The position numbers and the translations under genes are program-made. A stretch of DNA of 64,000 nt, taken from contig CDRNST010000287.1 of the NCBI GenBank assembly GCA_977016875.1, forward strand, positions 372,001-436,000, in the 5' to 3' direction. This DNA is from Pavona decussata (taxonomy: Eukaryota). The notes under the pieces are model-generated. The model was not told where the DNA came from and searched no databases. It saw only the letters and a list, made by a program, of their open reading frames with translations. Positions 37,681-51,648 of the stretch are shown one piece after another (the stretch's first letter is position 1; each line of letters starts with the position of its first letter).

Positions 37681-38179
37681 TAAGGTACATGCAGCACTAA
37701 TAGACCTAATAATAATAATAATAATAGTTTCCCCTTTAAAACTTTCAGAATTTGTGATTGATTCGTTTTTTTTATATACAACTTAAATGAAGTGTTTCAT
37801 CATTGCCATTAATTATATCTGTAACACAACGGTTTTCAGGTTCGTAATACTAAAAGCTAATGGCAATCATAAGGGAAAGTTATTTTTTCCAGCTTCTAAT
37901 TTGATATGGGCCATAAAATTCCATCGACGCAGGTGGAAAAAGCACCTTCAAATTGCCAAATTTTTAGCGTCATGCCTTGTAAAATAAAAAATAGAATGTA
38001 TACATTAAAACCCCACAATTTCGGACGCTTTTATTTTCAGATACACATTTTTGTTATTCTGGACGTGATCATGAATTATAAAAGTCTAAGCTGTTTCGAG
38101 AACATGCTAAGTATGCAACTCAATTTCTTCAAGATGGAAATTAAACAACACTCAAAGTGACATACGTTTCTTTCACAGG

Positions 38180-38772
38180 ATTTAAGAACAGTTAAAGATT
38201 GGGTAGAGGGCTTACACAGGAAAATTGACATGTTGGTCACTTTAACGTCTGCCATGGAAGCAAGGCTGTCAGCAGTAGAAGCCGCTATTTGTCTTGTCCC
38301 CTTTAACCTTCAAGACCCTCGCAGCAAGCCACCTAGTACAGCTAATTTTAACGACAGCCAGAACGACCTTCAATTTGGCAGGCAATCACCCCAACCACTA
38401 ATGCAAAGTGTGCCTATGACAAAGTTAGCCGCGTCTACATCTCCCTTCCCGGTTAATGTCACATCCTACCAATCTATGGCTCTGCAAGTGCAGTCACATC
38501 AGCCCCAAATCACCACGCCAAGCCTACATCAACTCCGAACACACCAACTTCACGTCCGAGACCGTTAACTAGCAATCTCCCATCATTTCTGGCCTGCCAG
38601 CGGAGAAGGCTATTAACTTGAAAAGGCGCCAGAAGTCTGCTAAATCAAGGAAGCAGTATACGAGGAAATGTCTGGAAGAGCTGTTCACTAAGGAAGAACT
38701 ATCTAATTCCCATACCAGTGGCGGCGGACAGAAAGAGAACCTTGATCAATACAAACTCGGATTACTAAACCG
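38180..38772 (+). pseudogene. Coiled-coil + BEN-domain exon remnant
   Basis: AG-bounded exon; SRKQYTRKCLEELFTKEELSNSHTSGGGQKENLDQYKLGLL then GTAAG. Confidence 0.6.
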
Positions 38773-40908
38773 TAAGTGTTATAACATCGTTATTGTGAAC
38801 CAAAAAAAATTAGCCAAAAATATTGAATACCTTCTTCTTCTCGTCTGCACCAAACCTAAGCAAACCCACTGGGAATAAAAATACTTGACCCTCTTTTTCA
38901 TTAGAATAGAGACAAAATAACGAAATGGATATACATAAAGTTAACTCTCAGATAACATCAAATTAATTTTATAGTGTTACCTTTTGAACCCGACATAAAA
39001 CCACAGGCAAGGGTAAATTAGAGTCAATAAGTTTTCCCCCTGGTTTTACAGGTAGTCCATTTTCAAACGTTGTGCTACTTGCCGTGCCAAGCTGGCTCTA
39101 CTAAAAATCCCAAAACATATAATTATTATAAGACGGTTCACACCAGAGACCATAGTGCACTAGAAGTGCACTTGAAAATCAAGTAGACTTGAGGTCTACT
39201 TTGGAAAGACAAGTCAACAGATTTTCAGGCACGACTGGGCACAGCTAAAACATAAAAAATTTTTTTTGTATGAAGAGTCAAACTGAAGTGTTCCAAATTG
39301 TTGTTTAAAAAACTTTTTCATCTGTTTTATTTTTTTGCGGGGACTAAATTAATAGGCTCCGTATATAAATACAGTAGTTATATATTCAACAGGTTGCTGT
39401 TGTTTGTGTCTGCAACTTGTCCCGCCGTAAGGTCCACATTGTCCCGTGAAGTTAATTATTCATTAATTATTCTGCCTAATCATACAGCAAAATAGGAAAA
39501 CAAGTTGCAGGATTAGTACTCGGTGCATTTCCTCTTAGTCCCGGAGACAACCCGAGTGATGGGAATAGGGAGGTACGAGATACTGTCAACTTGAAGTGCA
39601 GAGAACTGAGCCGGAAAAAGAGGTCCGGGCAAAGCACCTTGGAGAACTGAACGACTAATGTCGCCAAATGCGCTTCTATTTGCAGCCAACTTTTCAAGCC
39701 AAAATGTTCCGTAGTGTTGCATGCTTCCTGCAATATCAAACACAAATTTCCGTGCAATTTTTTTCGGTCGCCTTAATACTTGGAGTAAAACAAAAAAAAA
39801 ATAAAACAGTATTAACTTGTCTAGTAATTCGCCTGCTCTATCAGGCAACTGTGTTTGTGGTGGAACAAAAATCTGTTTCAAAGTGTGTTTTCAGAACCTC
39901 TAATTAAAGCAAGAAATGTATATGTATAGAGCTTAATCGATTATTTACACCAAAATTTCACAAATAAAACACAATATCCTTAATACTAGTGTTATGCTTT
40001 TGTTCAGCCAGGTCAACTTTCAGGTCAACTAAGAACGTGTTTTGTGATCATTTGCAAGAAATAAACATCTTGTGAAAAAATTGTCAACAGCCTGTCAAAA
40101 TTCACTATTCCATTGGTTGGTTTATTGATAGCCTGAGAAATGAGACACCTCGTATCTAAACCTGTGATCAGGCTCTCAGTCTTCAGTGGAATTTTAAAAA
40201 CCATTCCTGCAGAAATTTAGCGAGCGACTGCGTAAAAATAATTAAGAGCACTGCTAAAATTGGGCCTGTCTGCCAAACATGTTTGAAAGACACTCTTTAG
40301 ACCTACTTTTCGATATTTTTGAATGGAAATGACGATATGTCTCGTTCATTGATGATTTATTTTCATTAGTGAGGTTCTGTGGGTACTTATTAATCAAACC
40401 CAACGTCGTCCATACCTTTCTAGCTAATCTGGTGGCAATCGATGAGGTTATGAAGTCAGAAAGCCTGCCCATCTTTGTTTTCGAGCTCTACAGAAACGGT
40501 TTCTTTGAAACTGCCGCGTACTTTTCGCAAGGTGTTGACCATCCGCGCTTTTATAGCCTATTGAAGACGTTTCGCAGCTATCGCGACGTAACACGCAACG
40601 TAAAACACAAACTTCACATCTTTAAACGTTACAGGAACTTTGCTAGAATCTGTACCTGTTGTCAGGGAAGGTGAGAGTTTCGAGGATCCGTGCCGCATTC
40701 TATTCTGATTTTACTTACTAACTTGAGCGGAACCCCGCTCGTGCCTTAATGTAAGGAAAATTGGTAAATCTGTGCGCATACTTATATACAGTAGAACTTA
40801 TCTTTTTATTTGTCAGTTTTTCACATGTACACCACCGTATTCTTAAGAGTTTTTCCCCCCTCATTTCTTTCAGACAGAGAGGCTACTCTTTAACCTTGTT
40901 GCAATGCC

Positions 40909-41394
40909 ATGTCGCCGGAAGTGCTCAGAGTGCGCACGCGAGAACGCCTCGAAAAGTTCCTTGCCTCCATACGTCTCATTTGTTATACCCCTCAGGACAC
41001 CCCTTCTAAACCATTACTTTGTTGCAGGTATCGAATCCACGAGGATTGCCTGCTCTCGTGTTTCTGGTATGCTATTGGCAACTTGAGAGATTGTTGTCCC
41101 CATTGTCGGACTAAGCTCACTCCGTATAACATCTCCCAAACAGCTCCTCCCAGTTCCAATTTGTTTTGTTTTGAATCCGTCAATTATCCACCCCCACCCC
41201 CTCCGCCTCCCGCCTGGGATGATGAATTCTCAGTTTTTGCATTCATTGAGGAGAATGAATCTGATGACATGTTTCTGAATCCCCACCCCAACCCCTGGGT
41301 TGGTCTGAATTCCGTCGACAGTGCAGACAAGACACCTGATAGACCGCGGTTTTTGAGGCACAAAACATGGTACCCGCGTGAACCCTTTATATAG
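40909..41394 (+). CDS. RING-finger-like protein with Pro-rich tail (possibly degenerate)
   Basis: (R)LIC..LLCCRYRIHEDCL..W..CCPHCRT; the first Cys appears as CGT. Confidence 0.55.
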   Translation: MSPEVLRVRTRERLEKFLASIRLICYTPQDTPSKPLLCCRYRIHEDCLLSCFWYAIGNLRDCCPHCRTKLTPYNISQTAPPSSNLFCFESVNYPPPPPPPPAWDDEFSVFAFIEENESDDMFLNPHPNPWVGLNSVDSADKTPDRPRFLRHKTWYPREPFI

Positions 41395-43226
41395 GAATAG
41401 CAACCGGTACAAAATTGTGGAACGTACAATGTAAGCTGCCAATGCCCCATTCACACAGACTAAACGTGTCCAGTTGAACTAGGAGTAATAACATCAAGCT
41501 TATTGATAGAAAAATGTAAGACTGAATTTTGCATCTAAGGGAATTTGTAGCTGCGAGTTCATGCATTTAATAGAATTGAAGTGAAGTAAACATCAGTATG
41601 TAAGTTTACGAGGGCATAGAATGCAAGCCCAGTTAAACAAAAGTACTTTTTAACATGTTTTACAATGGGTGTGAACAGAGCATTGAACGATTTAGCAACA
41701 ATTGAACTGAATGTTAAATATAGTGGTAACGTTTCGTTTTCCTTTGTGTATGAAGCAGTTACGAGCCTTATTTGTATGGAACAAGAATTAACACGAAACA
41801 AAAAGTAATCACGTTTTCACATCAGCTTTATTTTTCTGTATTTCTAGTTTAATATTTGAAATGACACTGTATTATTGTTTTAATCAGTGTTGCATTTTAG
41901 TTTTTACTACCATGAGAAGTTGGTATTAAATGTTACTGTTTGTTGAAGAGGAGATTTTCTTGTTGTCCATTCAGCGTCAAAAAGCCTTCACTTAACCAAT
42001 GTCATACTGAATTTAGCAAAAAAATTGAAGGTTACTTTTTTTGTAAGAGACCCCATTCACGCTTGCAGATTTATAGAATTTTCAGTCTGGGAGTTTCTCC
42101 CAAAACAGTGCCGCTAACACACGCGATATTTGAATTGCATTTCTCTGCGTTGATTAACCTTCAAGATTTTTCTAACTTCAGTATGGCAAACTTTATCCAA
42201 GCACCCATCTTTCTTGTATCCACAGTACAATGCATTTTTGATCGCAGAAAATTTGTCTCAAGCGATTCATTTTCAGTTGAAAGTCCAATCAAGCATCCCC
42301 AAAACGAATCTGGCACTCGTCCTGTTTTTTTTATAGACAACTGTGTTACCTAGACTCGTGACTGTCTAGCAAAAATTTTTTAGCGCGTCTCAGTTGCACG
42401 TATTTGCATCAAATTTTGATTGGTTCCTTGGACTGTTTAAAGGAAAAATGACACCAAACCAGCACTTGTTATGTATATAACACGGATGAGTAAAGAATGA
42501 ATGTCTTGCCTCTCCCTTGTCTGCAACTGAAAAACAGAAAAAGGTGTTATTCTCATCAAAATAAACTCTGGGCTTCGATTAGTGATGGAAAGGGGGGGGG
42601 GAAAGGGAGCGTCAATTACCTAGGCATAATTGACAGATCTATGTTACACCAAAACTTTCTCAGGTGCAACGTACAGCTTTCATATGAAGATAAACGTTTC
42701 ATTTCCATGGTTATAATAATAGGCCTTAACAGGCTTGATATAACAGTGTTAGTATGGAAATCCGATGTCAAATAATTTTCATAAAATATCGCTTCTGAAA
42801 AAATTATCAATTGGAAACTTTTGGCACCAGGAAAAGTATTAAAACAAAAAAACAAAACAAAGCACGACTGGACGGTTTCTGGCACTAGCTACATAATTCA
42901 ATACCATGTGTACCGCTATGGCAGAAACTTTGTTTCAGTCAAGAATGAAATACTGTGCAGGATTTAAAGATTATAAAATCGACGCTGTTAAGAAGCAGCG
43001 TCAAGTTTAGAATCTTTAAATTCTGCTCACCGCTATGACTTACCTTCAAGTTGTAAGATTATAGGGCTAGCGATATCGCAGCACAACATGTCGGTGACTA
43101 ATGCGTCCACACATTTCGATTTACGCGCACGCGTAGACGCATTCGTGACTGTATTGGTCACCAGTCTCTTGGAACGCGAGTTTCCAACGAACTTTGTCGT
43201 TTTGACTGTTTAAACTCTGATCTGCA

Positions 43227-46200
43227 ATGGAGGAATACGTTAGAATTCCAAAAAATCTGATCGCCGATCTTCTGAGTGACGAAAATGGCTTGTCAGCAGC
43301 TCTTCTCCAAATGCCGTCAACTGTCCATCCCGTGGTTAACAGATGTGCTTCCAAGATCCGCCAACTTGCTGCAACGGCTGGGCAAGCCATGGGAGAGGGT
43401 TCATCGGCTCATGGACAGTTACCTGTTAGCGATTCAGCTAATCAAGGTATGTTTTTATCTTTAGAAGTTGTCGTCAAGCTAAGTACATCGGTGTAACGGA
43501 GATTTTTCAGTTTTGTTTTGTTTACTTTAATCATTCTATGAGCACACTCCCATAAACAGATTGAAAATTTAGGCACAGAGTAAGCAAACTAGCGATTTGT
43601 AACCTACGAAAGAGATTTTATTTTTAATGAGGATGGAACTTGAAGTACTTGTATTTACAGTGCCCAGTTTTATTGTTCAACGCGATACGAACTCCCTGTG
43701 AAGGAACTATTAAATAGATAAAAAAGTAACAATATTTTGAACGAACAAAACTAACTACGTGTAATTGCACACAAAATCTTTAACGGTCTACTTGTTTCGA
43801 AGTTCGATGACATTATAAATAAGCACTGAAATACCTTTAAAGCTCTATAAGCCCCGCTCCCTCTTTTATCGCCTCATGTTTGTAAGGCCATCCCTTTTTT
43901 TCTCCTTTTAGCAACGTCCAATCTACCCAGCTTTTCGCTTTTTCAAAAAAAACATTAAAGGCAATGACACATTATTTCAAACAATTGTCACTTTAATCTG
44001 AAACAAGCAATTTTTTGTTTTACAGATTTGAGTTCTTGTTTGATTTTAACAACGACATCGATTTTTCCTTTTTCCATTACCGCCTTGTTGACTTGTAACC
44101 ACGAGATTAATTTGACATTTGCAAGTTTATCATAGACATGCTATTAAGCTTTATGTTAATGAGGCAGTAATGATAACTCTTTATTGCAGGCCAAAGGGTC
44201 CATTTCATGATAACTTTTCGGATAAAAAACAAAGCAATTGTGGATTATTATTCCTAATAGCCGCATTTGCTAGTGTAACCAGTAACAATCACGCAAATCA
44301 TATTTCTTTTTTAAAGAACAAAGAGGCAGGAATGACGATGATGATAATGAGGATGATGAGGACAACGACAAGGATGGCGGCCACAATACTAACGACCAGG
44401 TTGTTGGCCATTCTTCGAGTGCTGGGAATAAACGAGCCAAGAGGAAGCTAGCTAGGCGGCGCGCTAGGAGGGTTAAAAGCAAATTGAGCGGTTGAAATCC
44501 TCCTAGACAAATTCCCAACAACCAACCGCCTTTGGCTGATGATGAACAACAAGAGATCCACGGTGCAAACGTCGTTGTGAATGATAATGCAAAGAGAGAC
44601 TTGAAGTACCTGTTAGCACAACTTCTTGCGTGCAGAAGCAAGCTGGAAGAGGCAAAGTCTTTGCTCCAATATCTCAGTGGCTGTGAATTTAATGCTTGGG
44701 AGTCACCGGAGTGAATCATTCGATTTTCCAACGACGAGGCTAGAGAGTTGGCTCGATATGTCGCAGAGATTAATGCAAACGACGTGGATGGCGTAGAGGA
44801 ACTAAGGGTAAGACAAATTTATTACGTTTCTGACAAACTTTCCATAACGGCTTCTGTTGTACCAAAGCCAAATTAGCCCCTAGGGTGAATGCGTGAAAAA
44901 AGAAAACTCGCCGCCGTTTGATTCTTTGTTTGTTTTTTGCGCAGAAGACAGTGCAGAAACCTTTAAAAGCCATTTTTTTCATACATCTGACCCATTTTTG
45001 AAGAGTTCTCTTGGTTCCCTATTGCATAATGAACAATGCTCAAAGAAAAAATTAATATACAATAGGACATTTTCACCGTGGGGTCATTTTACTACACGTA
45101 CAACTAACAGAATCCTTTTGGTTTTTGTTTTCTCATGCTAATTAGAGCTATTGTTCTTTGCTGTCCACTGGGATTACAAAATTTGAAGTTGAAAAGGAAA
45201 ATGAAACATAGTTGTAGTAAAAATGCGCCATCATGAAAAAGATGTCTTGTTGCTTTTCTTGTTCCACAATTAATAAATACGCAATATTTTCTTTTTGCAT
45301 AGGTTGTCAACAAGTTACGAGTAGTCATCCAGCAAAAATTTCAGCTCAGACTGCAAAAAACAGCAGAGGTGGGAAAACTTCTCTGGACGGCAATGAAAGA
45401 GCAACCACTGAGGGAAGAAAACGAAGAAGATCTTCCAGATTCCCAGAATTTTAGAAGAAAGCCTCAAATAGCGCAAGTGTTGGATCAAGAGGCGAACGTT
45501 GGCGTGTCAGCGTCGGCCGTACACAGAAATCTACAACAGTTCCCAAATCTTGCGTTCTTGAACGAACCTGTCAGCCACCTTGATAGTAGGGAAGTGAACA
45601 AGGCTTTTAAGACGATTCCAGACCAAATACTGAGGGAATGTCGAGTAGGCGAAGATTTGCACACCGCAAGTCTAGAGGGAAGTGCATACGATACTTCTAT
45701 ACCAGAACAAGGTCAATTGAATCTTTCACCACCCCTTGACATTAACACTGTGGTCGTGAATGATGGCGATGGGCTTATATTAGGAGTAGATTCTGATAGG
45801 GAAAGTCCTTTGCAGATGCAATGTACACGAGATTAAACCGCATTGACGCACTGGAACTGTTTGCTGTTCATTATATCAGGAATGAAGACACGAGTGAAGT
45901 TCTGGAACAGTTTAAGGGCCACTTGTCGTTACTTAGAGTTCAATTTTTCTTAGACTTGTTTGTGCGTAAGGGGAGAACACAGTTTTGCTATCAGAGGCCA
46001 CGAGAGACAGCTCCAAGGATGAGGTCTTGTCGCACTTCGCTTCTGTTGATCTTGACCAGTTGCGACTAGCAGGTTATCCTGATTGGGTTATGCAAGGAAG
46101 CCACCTAGTTGGGAAGTTCCCTTGGCAGGAAAGGGCTTTGAAGAAGAAGGTCTATTCTTTTACCAGGCAGAAAGTAAATCAACATTTGATATCACCTCAT

Positions 46201-47135
46201 CAAGCTAGCAGTCCTCCGTACGGATGTTACATTGAGCTGGACAGGTATAACCTAACATTAACAGAGGAGCTCCTTTTTTCCTTAAAAATGAAAACAAGAA
46301 AGCGGTATAGTCCATCCAATAAAATTCAGTCGTATCTGTTATCAGTAAAATCGAGGCACTAGAGTTAAGGACGGTGTGTACTCTTAATTTGTGACTGCGC
46401 ATACGTTCTGCACATCTCGAGATATTTGGGTTTCCTACGGGTTGAGCCTACTAACACAGGTATATGTTTGTGCGTTGCATAACGCCTGTAACTTGGGGAA
46501 TATTAATGATCAAGCCTAAAAAAAAAACGATCTTATGTAACTATCCCTTTGTTTCTTTTTACAGGACCTGCCCACGGAAGCAAAATTCGCCTCTATCTAC
46601 GGCAGAAGGACACCTCCAAGTGAGAGAGAGTAGATGCGTTGCAATTGGCGGGCAATCATCAGGTGATGGATTGTTTACAGTGAAGCCAATTCCAGCTGGT
46701 ACTTTCATTTGCTCCTACGCACTGACAGCGGTCGTACGTCCTCACAACGGCAACCGGTCGGGTGATTATCTGATTACTGTTGAAGGGCCTGGATTTCCAT
46801 TGGATTTCGATGGTGTAGAAAATCAGTACGAAACAGGTCTAGGAAGAATTGCAAACGATGGCACCCTCCCCTTTGCCTTGGTAAAATCAAAGTTTGCCAG
46901 GTTAATAAATCGACGAGTTAACTGTGTATTTGCCAAACGAAAGGGTGATGTTTGGCTGAAGGCGTAGAGGGCTATCCAGGCAAATGAGGAACTGTTAGTT
47001 TGCTATACAGATGATGTCTCATACTGGAGAGCAGTTTTTTCAGATCAGCAGTTGGGACGTATCAGAGAGGCACTACAACAATGTGAAGCGACACTAAGAG
47101 ATGCTGAACAGGCCATCTGCTCATTGACCATTTAA
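43227..47135 (+). pseudogene. Four-exon gene with C-terminal SET domain, disabled
   Basis: Exons ~43227-43446, 44261-44807, 45303-46459 and 46565-47135. SET motifs: GDGLFTVKPIPAGTFICSY, GLGRIAND, VNC.F, RAIQANEELLVCY..YW. Several stops and frameshifts. Confidence 0.75.
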
Positions 47136-47159
47136 GTGATTGGACTCCTTGCTAGTAAC

Positions 47160-47245
47160 TTCACAGGCAAAAAATCTGATGTGTGCTCTGTGCACACGTA
47201 CAATTATAATGCACGCCCCATACGTAAGCTTTGTGCATTGTGGAG
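47160..47245. repeat. 85-bp dispersed repeat, second copy at ~54542-54627
   Basis: TTCACAGGCAAAAAATCTGATGTGTGCTCTGTGCA.ACGTACAATTATAATGCACGCCCCATACGTAAGCTT at both sites. Confidence 0.9.
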
Positions 47246-47279
47246 TTATACAGAACTCAGTTTGACCAACCACAGTGCT

Positions 47280-48885
47280 TGCTAGACCCTGGCTATTTTA
47301 AAAAGGAAGCTGGAAATTGGGAAACACCATACAAGTACTCAAAGCCATATGGATAGAAAGTAGTCAATGGCCATCTTCCTAAGGATTTCAACATGTTGGG
47401 CAATCATTCGCACACACCTCCTTAGAAGGCCTGGAATCTTAATGTACCGGTAACAAGTAGGAAGTAAAATTCAACGGAAATGATAAACAAAAAGACCACC
47501 TTCAACAAGGAAGATGACAGAGATGTCCATGGAGACCAAGCAGAAAAGATCAAGATCATAGAAGAAGAAAAATAGAAATGAAACGGACGATGTAGGTGCA
47601 TGGATGCAACTGGAAGGCCAGTAGATATACTAATGAAAGTTTGACCTGTCTGCACATAGAGCAGGCCTTGGCACTCCTGAATATAAGAGAACATATCTCC
47701 TGATGTGGCAAGAGAAGACACTGGGCGTGTAAGTATCTTAAGAGAACAAACCTGTGGACCTCAAGCATGACATTTTCAAATACTGCAACATTGCACTAAA
47801 GGTCACCCAAAATGGTAAAAGCAAATACCACATTGGAAGTGTTGAAGCCATTGAATCCAAATAGGAAGGCTCAGAAGTCATTAGTTTTCAACTAAAAAGC
47901 AAGGCCCAGCGAGAATTCATTGTTTCCTATATTTTCGAGCAGAAAATCATGTTCATGTCGTTTCTGAAGATGTACTTCTAATGATCTGGAAGTCCCAACG
48001 CAGCATTATTGAAACATTTGACCTGGAACCACTGCCAGGGAAGGGTGGCAAATGCACTCTGCATCCAACATCCAAAGAAAGTCTCCTGAAGCTGGGAATT
48101 TTGTCTTACACTGACAATGATGATAATCTTGTCAATGAAGATAACCAGCATTCCAAGTGCCCTCTGAAGGACAACAAATTATATGAGATAGAAGGTGTAA
48201 TTGGTAAACAGCTGTCAAAAGATGCAGTTTGTTGTGAGTACAAAGTCTACTTCGAGGGTTATGGCTCAGAAGAAAACATGTGGCTCTCTGCATTCCTTTT
48301 TTAAAATACCTATTATATTTGCGTCTTACTCAACGTTTGAGAGAAAAAGAAAACACACCCTCTACCCCGAAAACATCATAAAAAACAACAAAAGAGAAAC
48401 CAGCGATACAGAGCAAACTAAACGTGGGAGAACAACTAACACAGTGACACCTGATGTAAACAAAAAACCTTGATGTACATCATAAAAATCTGCACAGGAG
48501 CCTCCAACATCACAGAAAGAGCAAGACGATCACCTCAACCCATTCAAAAACAAAGGGAAGGTGTTTCCTTCTTTGTCAAGGATTCCTTCTTTATCACATA
48601 CATTAATGAAGACAGCTCTTCCAACTTCAAGTGAGAGGGATGAGGAGAGCTCCAAACCCTACAATCGTGGACGACACTATTGAGAAACTTTTTGTCGATC
48701 TCCAAATTCGACTGATACAATAGTACGTCAACAATGCAGCTCCGTTCCCATCATCAATGTTGCTCTACCGCTGAAAAAAGTTTGGGTCATTGTCCAGCCT
48801 TAAAAGCGATACTGAGTTAGAGGAGGGGGGAGTGAGCATTTGCTACTCTCAAGGCAGTGTTTCCTTAAAGGTAGATCCTTTTTCT
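47280..48885 (+). pseudogene. Chromodomain-containing TE-associated gene remnant, copy 2
   Basis: LYEIEGVIGKQL...EYKVYFEGYGSEENMWL matches the chromo signature (YEVE.I...Y.VKW.GY...NTW); homologous to 12495-13575. Confidence 0.75.
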
Positions 48886-49356
48886 CATATTTTATCTAAA
48901 ACAAAGCTTACCGCACAAACATGCCAAATATTCCATCACATTACTTCCACTGTGCAAAAGAATGTTGTTAATTACCTTTGTCTAATGGTATATATATTTT
49001 TTTAGATTAGGTTCAAGAGTTAGGATTAGAACCAGCATACCGGACCGACAGCCGCAGCTACAAGTATATCACAAAGCTGATGGCGCTGCCTTTCTTTCCA
49101 GAAGCGGACATCACGCCCATGTTCCAGCGGCTAAGAGACAGCGCCACCACCACTAGCCTTCAAGCACTTGTGCAGTACGTGGGAAACAACTGGGTCTCAA
49201 GTACAATGTGGCCTCCCTTCTACTGGTTCATGTACATGCTGCCCATAAGAGCCAACAATGACATCGAGGGGTAGCACCACAGTTTCAATCAAACAGCCCA
49301 CAACCGAGTCCACCTTCCCTTCTTCCTGCTAGTGGAGCTGTTACACCAGGAAGCTA

Positions 49357-51648
49357 CAATGCGGGCTAAAAGTGCTGGGACAGTAAACACAATAGCGGCA
49401 AACTTCGCAGTAATTCCTCCCTCCCCCCCAAACAATGTTGAACTGGGTGGGTTGAACAGACGTTACACAAGCAAAATAAGTGTCGATGTTCGCTAAGATC
49501 TTTTCAACATTGCCTGGGGGAAGAGGGGGAGGTGGAGCTGTAGGTAAAGGGTCATAATAATGACGGGGAGAGTAAAACACGCAAATTTGAAAGGAATCCA
49601 GCAACTGTCCCAAGGACATCTGTCCTCCATTGTCTGAGGTTGACTTGGGGAGAGGAAATAACAACTACCCTGTATTTGCATTTAAGACCCTGTGAAATAT
49701 TGTATCCTGCAATGGAAAATGTGATACTGTTGGTAAAATCGGTCTTTACGCATCGCAAGGTATGTCCAAATCATTTCGTCAGGGTACATTGATAACAGAG
49801 TTCAGTATAATTATTTCCTAAAACATGTTGATAACAACTTCCTGTTTTTAGTAGGTTCTGGTTTTTCAAAGATATCTGTGTTTTTGCTTTTAGGAGATTG
49901 AAAACACTCATAGGATGCACAGTTTTAAGGCAGAAATAACAAGTTACCCTGACAAGGCATGCGATACCCCTGGCCTTTGGCTTTTTTTGGCAGCCCATTC
50001 CTTCCCAGGCCCCGAGCGTACAAACTGTTATAGGCATGCGAGGCATCTGCTCTAGAGAGCGAAATGGCTGAAATTTTTTTTATTTAGAAGCGGGAAGGCA
50101 ACGAATTTGAACCCTGCGACCGGTTCTTTTGCATGGATTGGGGCTGAAGAGGCGGAGGTAATATTTGTCAATGATTTTCGCTGGCACCCACAAGTCATCG
50201 CCTGGGCGGATCTTCTACAGGCTTTAGAAGGTGACATTGTTCATTTACCAGCCCCGAAAAATGTCTGCAGCAGGGATATAGAACTTGCCGGAGATATCCC
50301 GTTCTTTGAGACATCTGATGCGCCACTTGTTTTGGTGAAAGCCGGCTTCGCCAACCACATAAATACGGAAATGATGAATTCTCAATGGGCGTTTTTTCAC
50401 TTTTGGAAGCAAAGCCCACAAGCCGAGCAAGAGGAATTGCTTCCCTGTGGCTTTTATTTTGCCAAATTTATTTTAGAAAACGCCGTTAGAGATCACAGCA
50501 ATTGATGTACATGCCATGTAATTGGCATGATGCCTGACTTTCAATGGTCGTTTACGTTTCAATAAGTGTTACCGTTCTCACCTACAGTTCTCACCCTCAC
50601 AAACTAATTTGTAGATGCTTTGGTTGTACACACGGCCACAAAATATGCCTTTCAGTTGTGTTTGTCATATTTTCATTGTAAAGGGCATGTTTTAGTTGAG
50701 AGGTTTACATCACTACACTATTTCTTCAACAATTCTCGCCTCAAAGGGATGTTTGAAAGGATCAGATTTAATTACATTTCCTTCGCTGTTCAGGGCGAGA
50801 ACTGTTGCAAATAGCTTGGTGGCTTTACTATTTACGCAGCAACAACCACAGTGCATTAAGAACAAACGTTCATTACCGTTTAGACACAGCCTGATGATGA
50901 CTCAGTTTTCATAGCCGAGAAATTTCCACTTAAGTAGCCGAGAACTGAACGGGAGCATTGTAAATTGAACATTTGTAGATCACGACTCGGTGTCACGTAA
51001 TCTATTGTTATATTTGTATCGGCCGTATGTTCGTAGATACCACGCTAAAGTCTTCTTCTCAGGGACTATTTCCTGTGTATACACCATTATACTTGCAGGC
51101 GTTCCACCGGAAAAGTTAGCAAGATACGAGCTATAACTATATCAAGCGTTTTCTTTAACGACAATCATTTTCGAACACAACATGATTACGTCACACTCAC
51201 AAACTGCCTATGTTGAGTCCGCCCGCACGTGCTTAAACTTAGTGAAAATGTCCTGTATCATTGCACCAAATATATCATACTACCTTGCGAAGTTCCATTC
51301 CGAGGTTATAATGAACTTTTCTTCACTCCTCACAATGCTTGGGCTACTTTTGTGCGAGGAGTGATTTTCAGAAAATGCGGGCTAAAAGTGCTGGGACAGT
51401 AAACGCAATAGCGGCAAACTTCGCAGTAATTCCCCCCTCCCCCCCAAACAATGTTGAACTGGGTGGGTTGAACAGACGTTACACAAGCAAAAAAAGTGTC
51501 GATGGTCGCTAAGATCTTTTCAACATTGCCTGGGGGAAGGGGGGGAGGTGGAGCTGTAGGTAAAGGGTCATAATAATGACGGGGAGAGTAAAACACGCAA
51601 ATTTGAAAGGAATCCAGCAACTGTCCCAAGGACATCTGTCCTCCATTG
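49357..51648. mobile_element. Composite-like DNA transposon with 276-bp long terminal direct repeats and TA TSD
   Basis: Direct repeats 49357-49632 and 51373-51648 (about 6 mismatches), each with CAATG...CATTG-type ends; TA at 49355-56 and 51649-50. Confidence 0.9.
50110..50505 (+). pseudogene. SF3 helicase (Rep/NS1/D5-like) C-terminal fragment
   Basis: NPATGSFAWIGAEEAEVIFVNDFRW (Walker B-like), LLQALEGDIVHLPAPKN (B'), IPFFETSD (motif C-like); Walker A is absent. Confidence 0.7.

Noticed and set aside
39476-42353. Endogenous virus gene cluster
   Set aside because: Apart from the RING-like ORF, no capsid, polymerase, ATPase or integrase motif was recognised.
46565-48885. SET + chromodomain as one writer-reader gene
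   Set aside because: The SET frame stops at 47135, an unrelated 85-bp dispersed repeat intervenes, and the other chromodomain copy has no SET upstream.
49357-51648. LTR retrotransposon
   Set aside because: No TG..CA termini, only a 2-bp TA duplication, TIRs inside each repeat, and no gag/pol or recognisable PBS.
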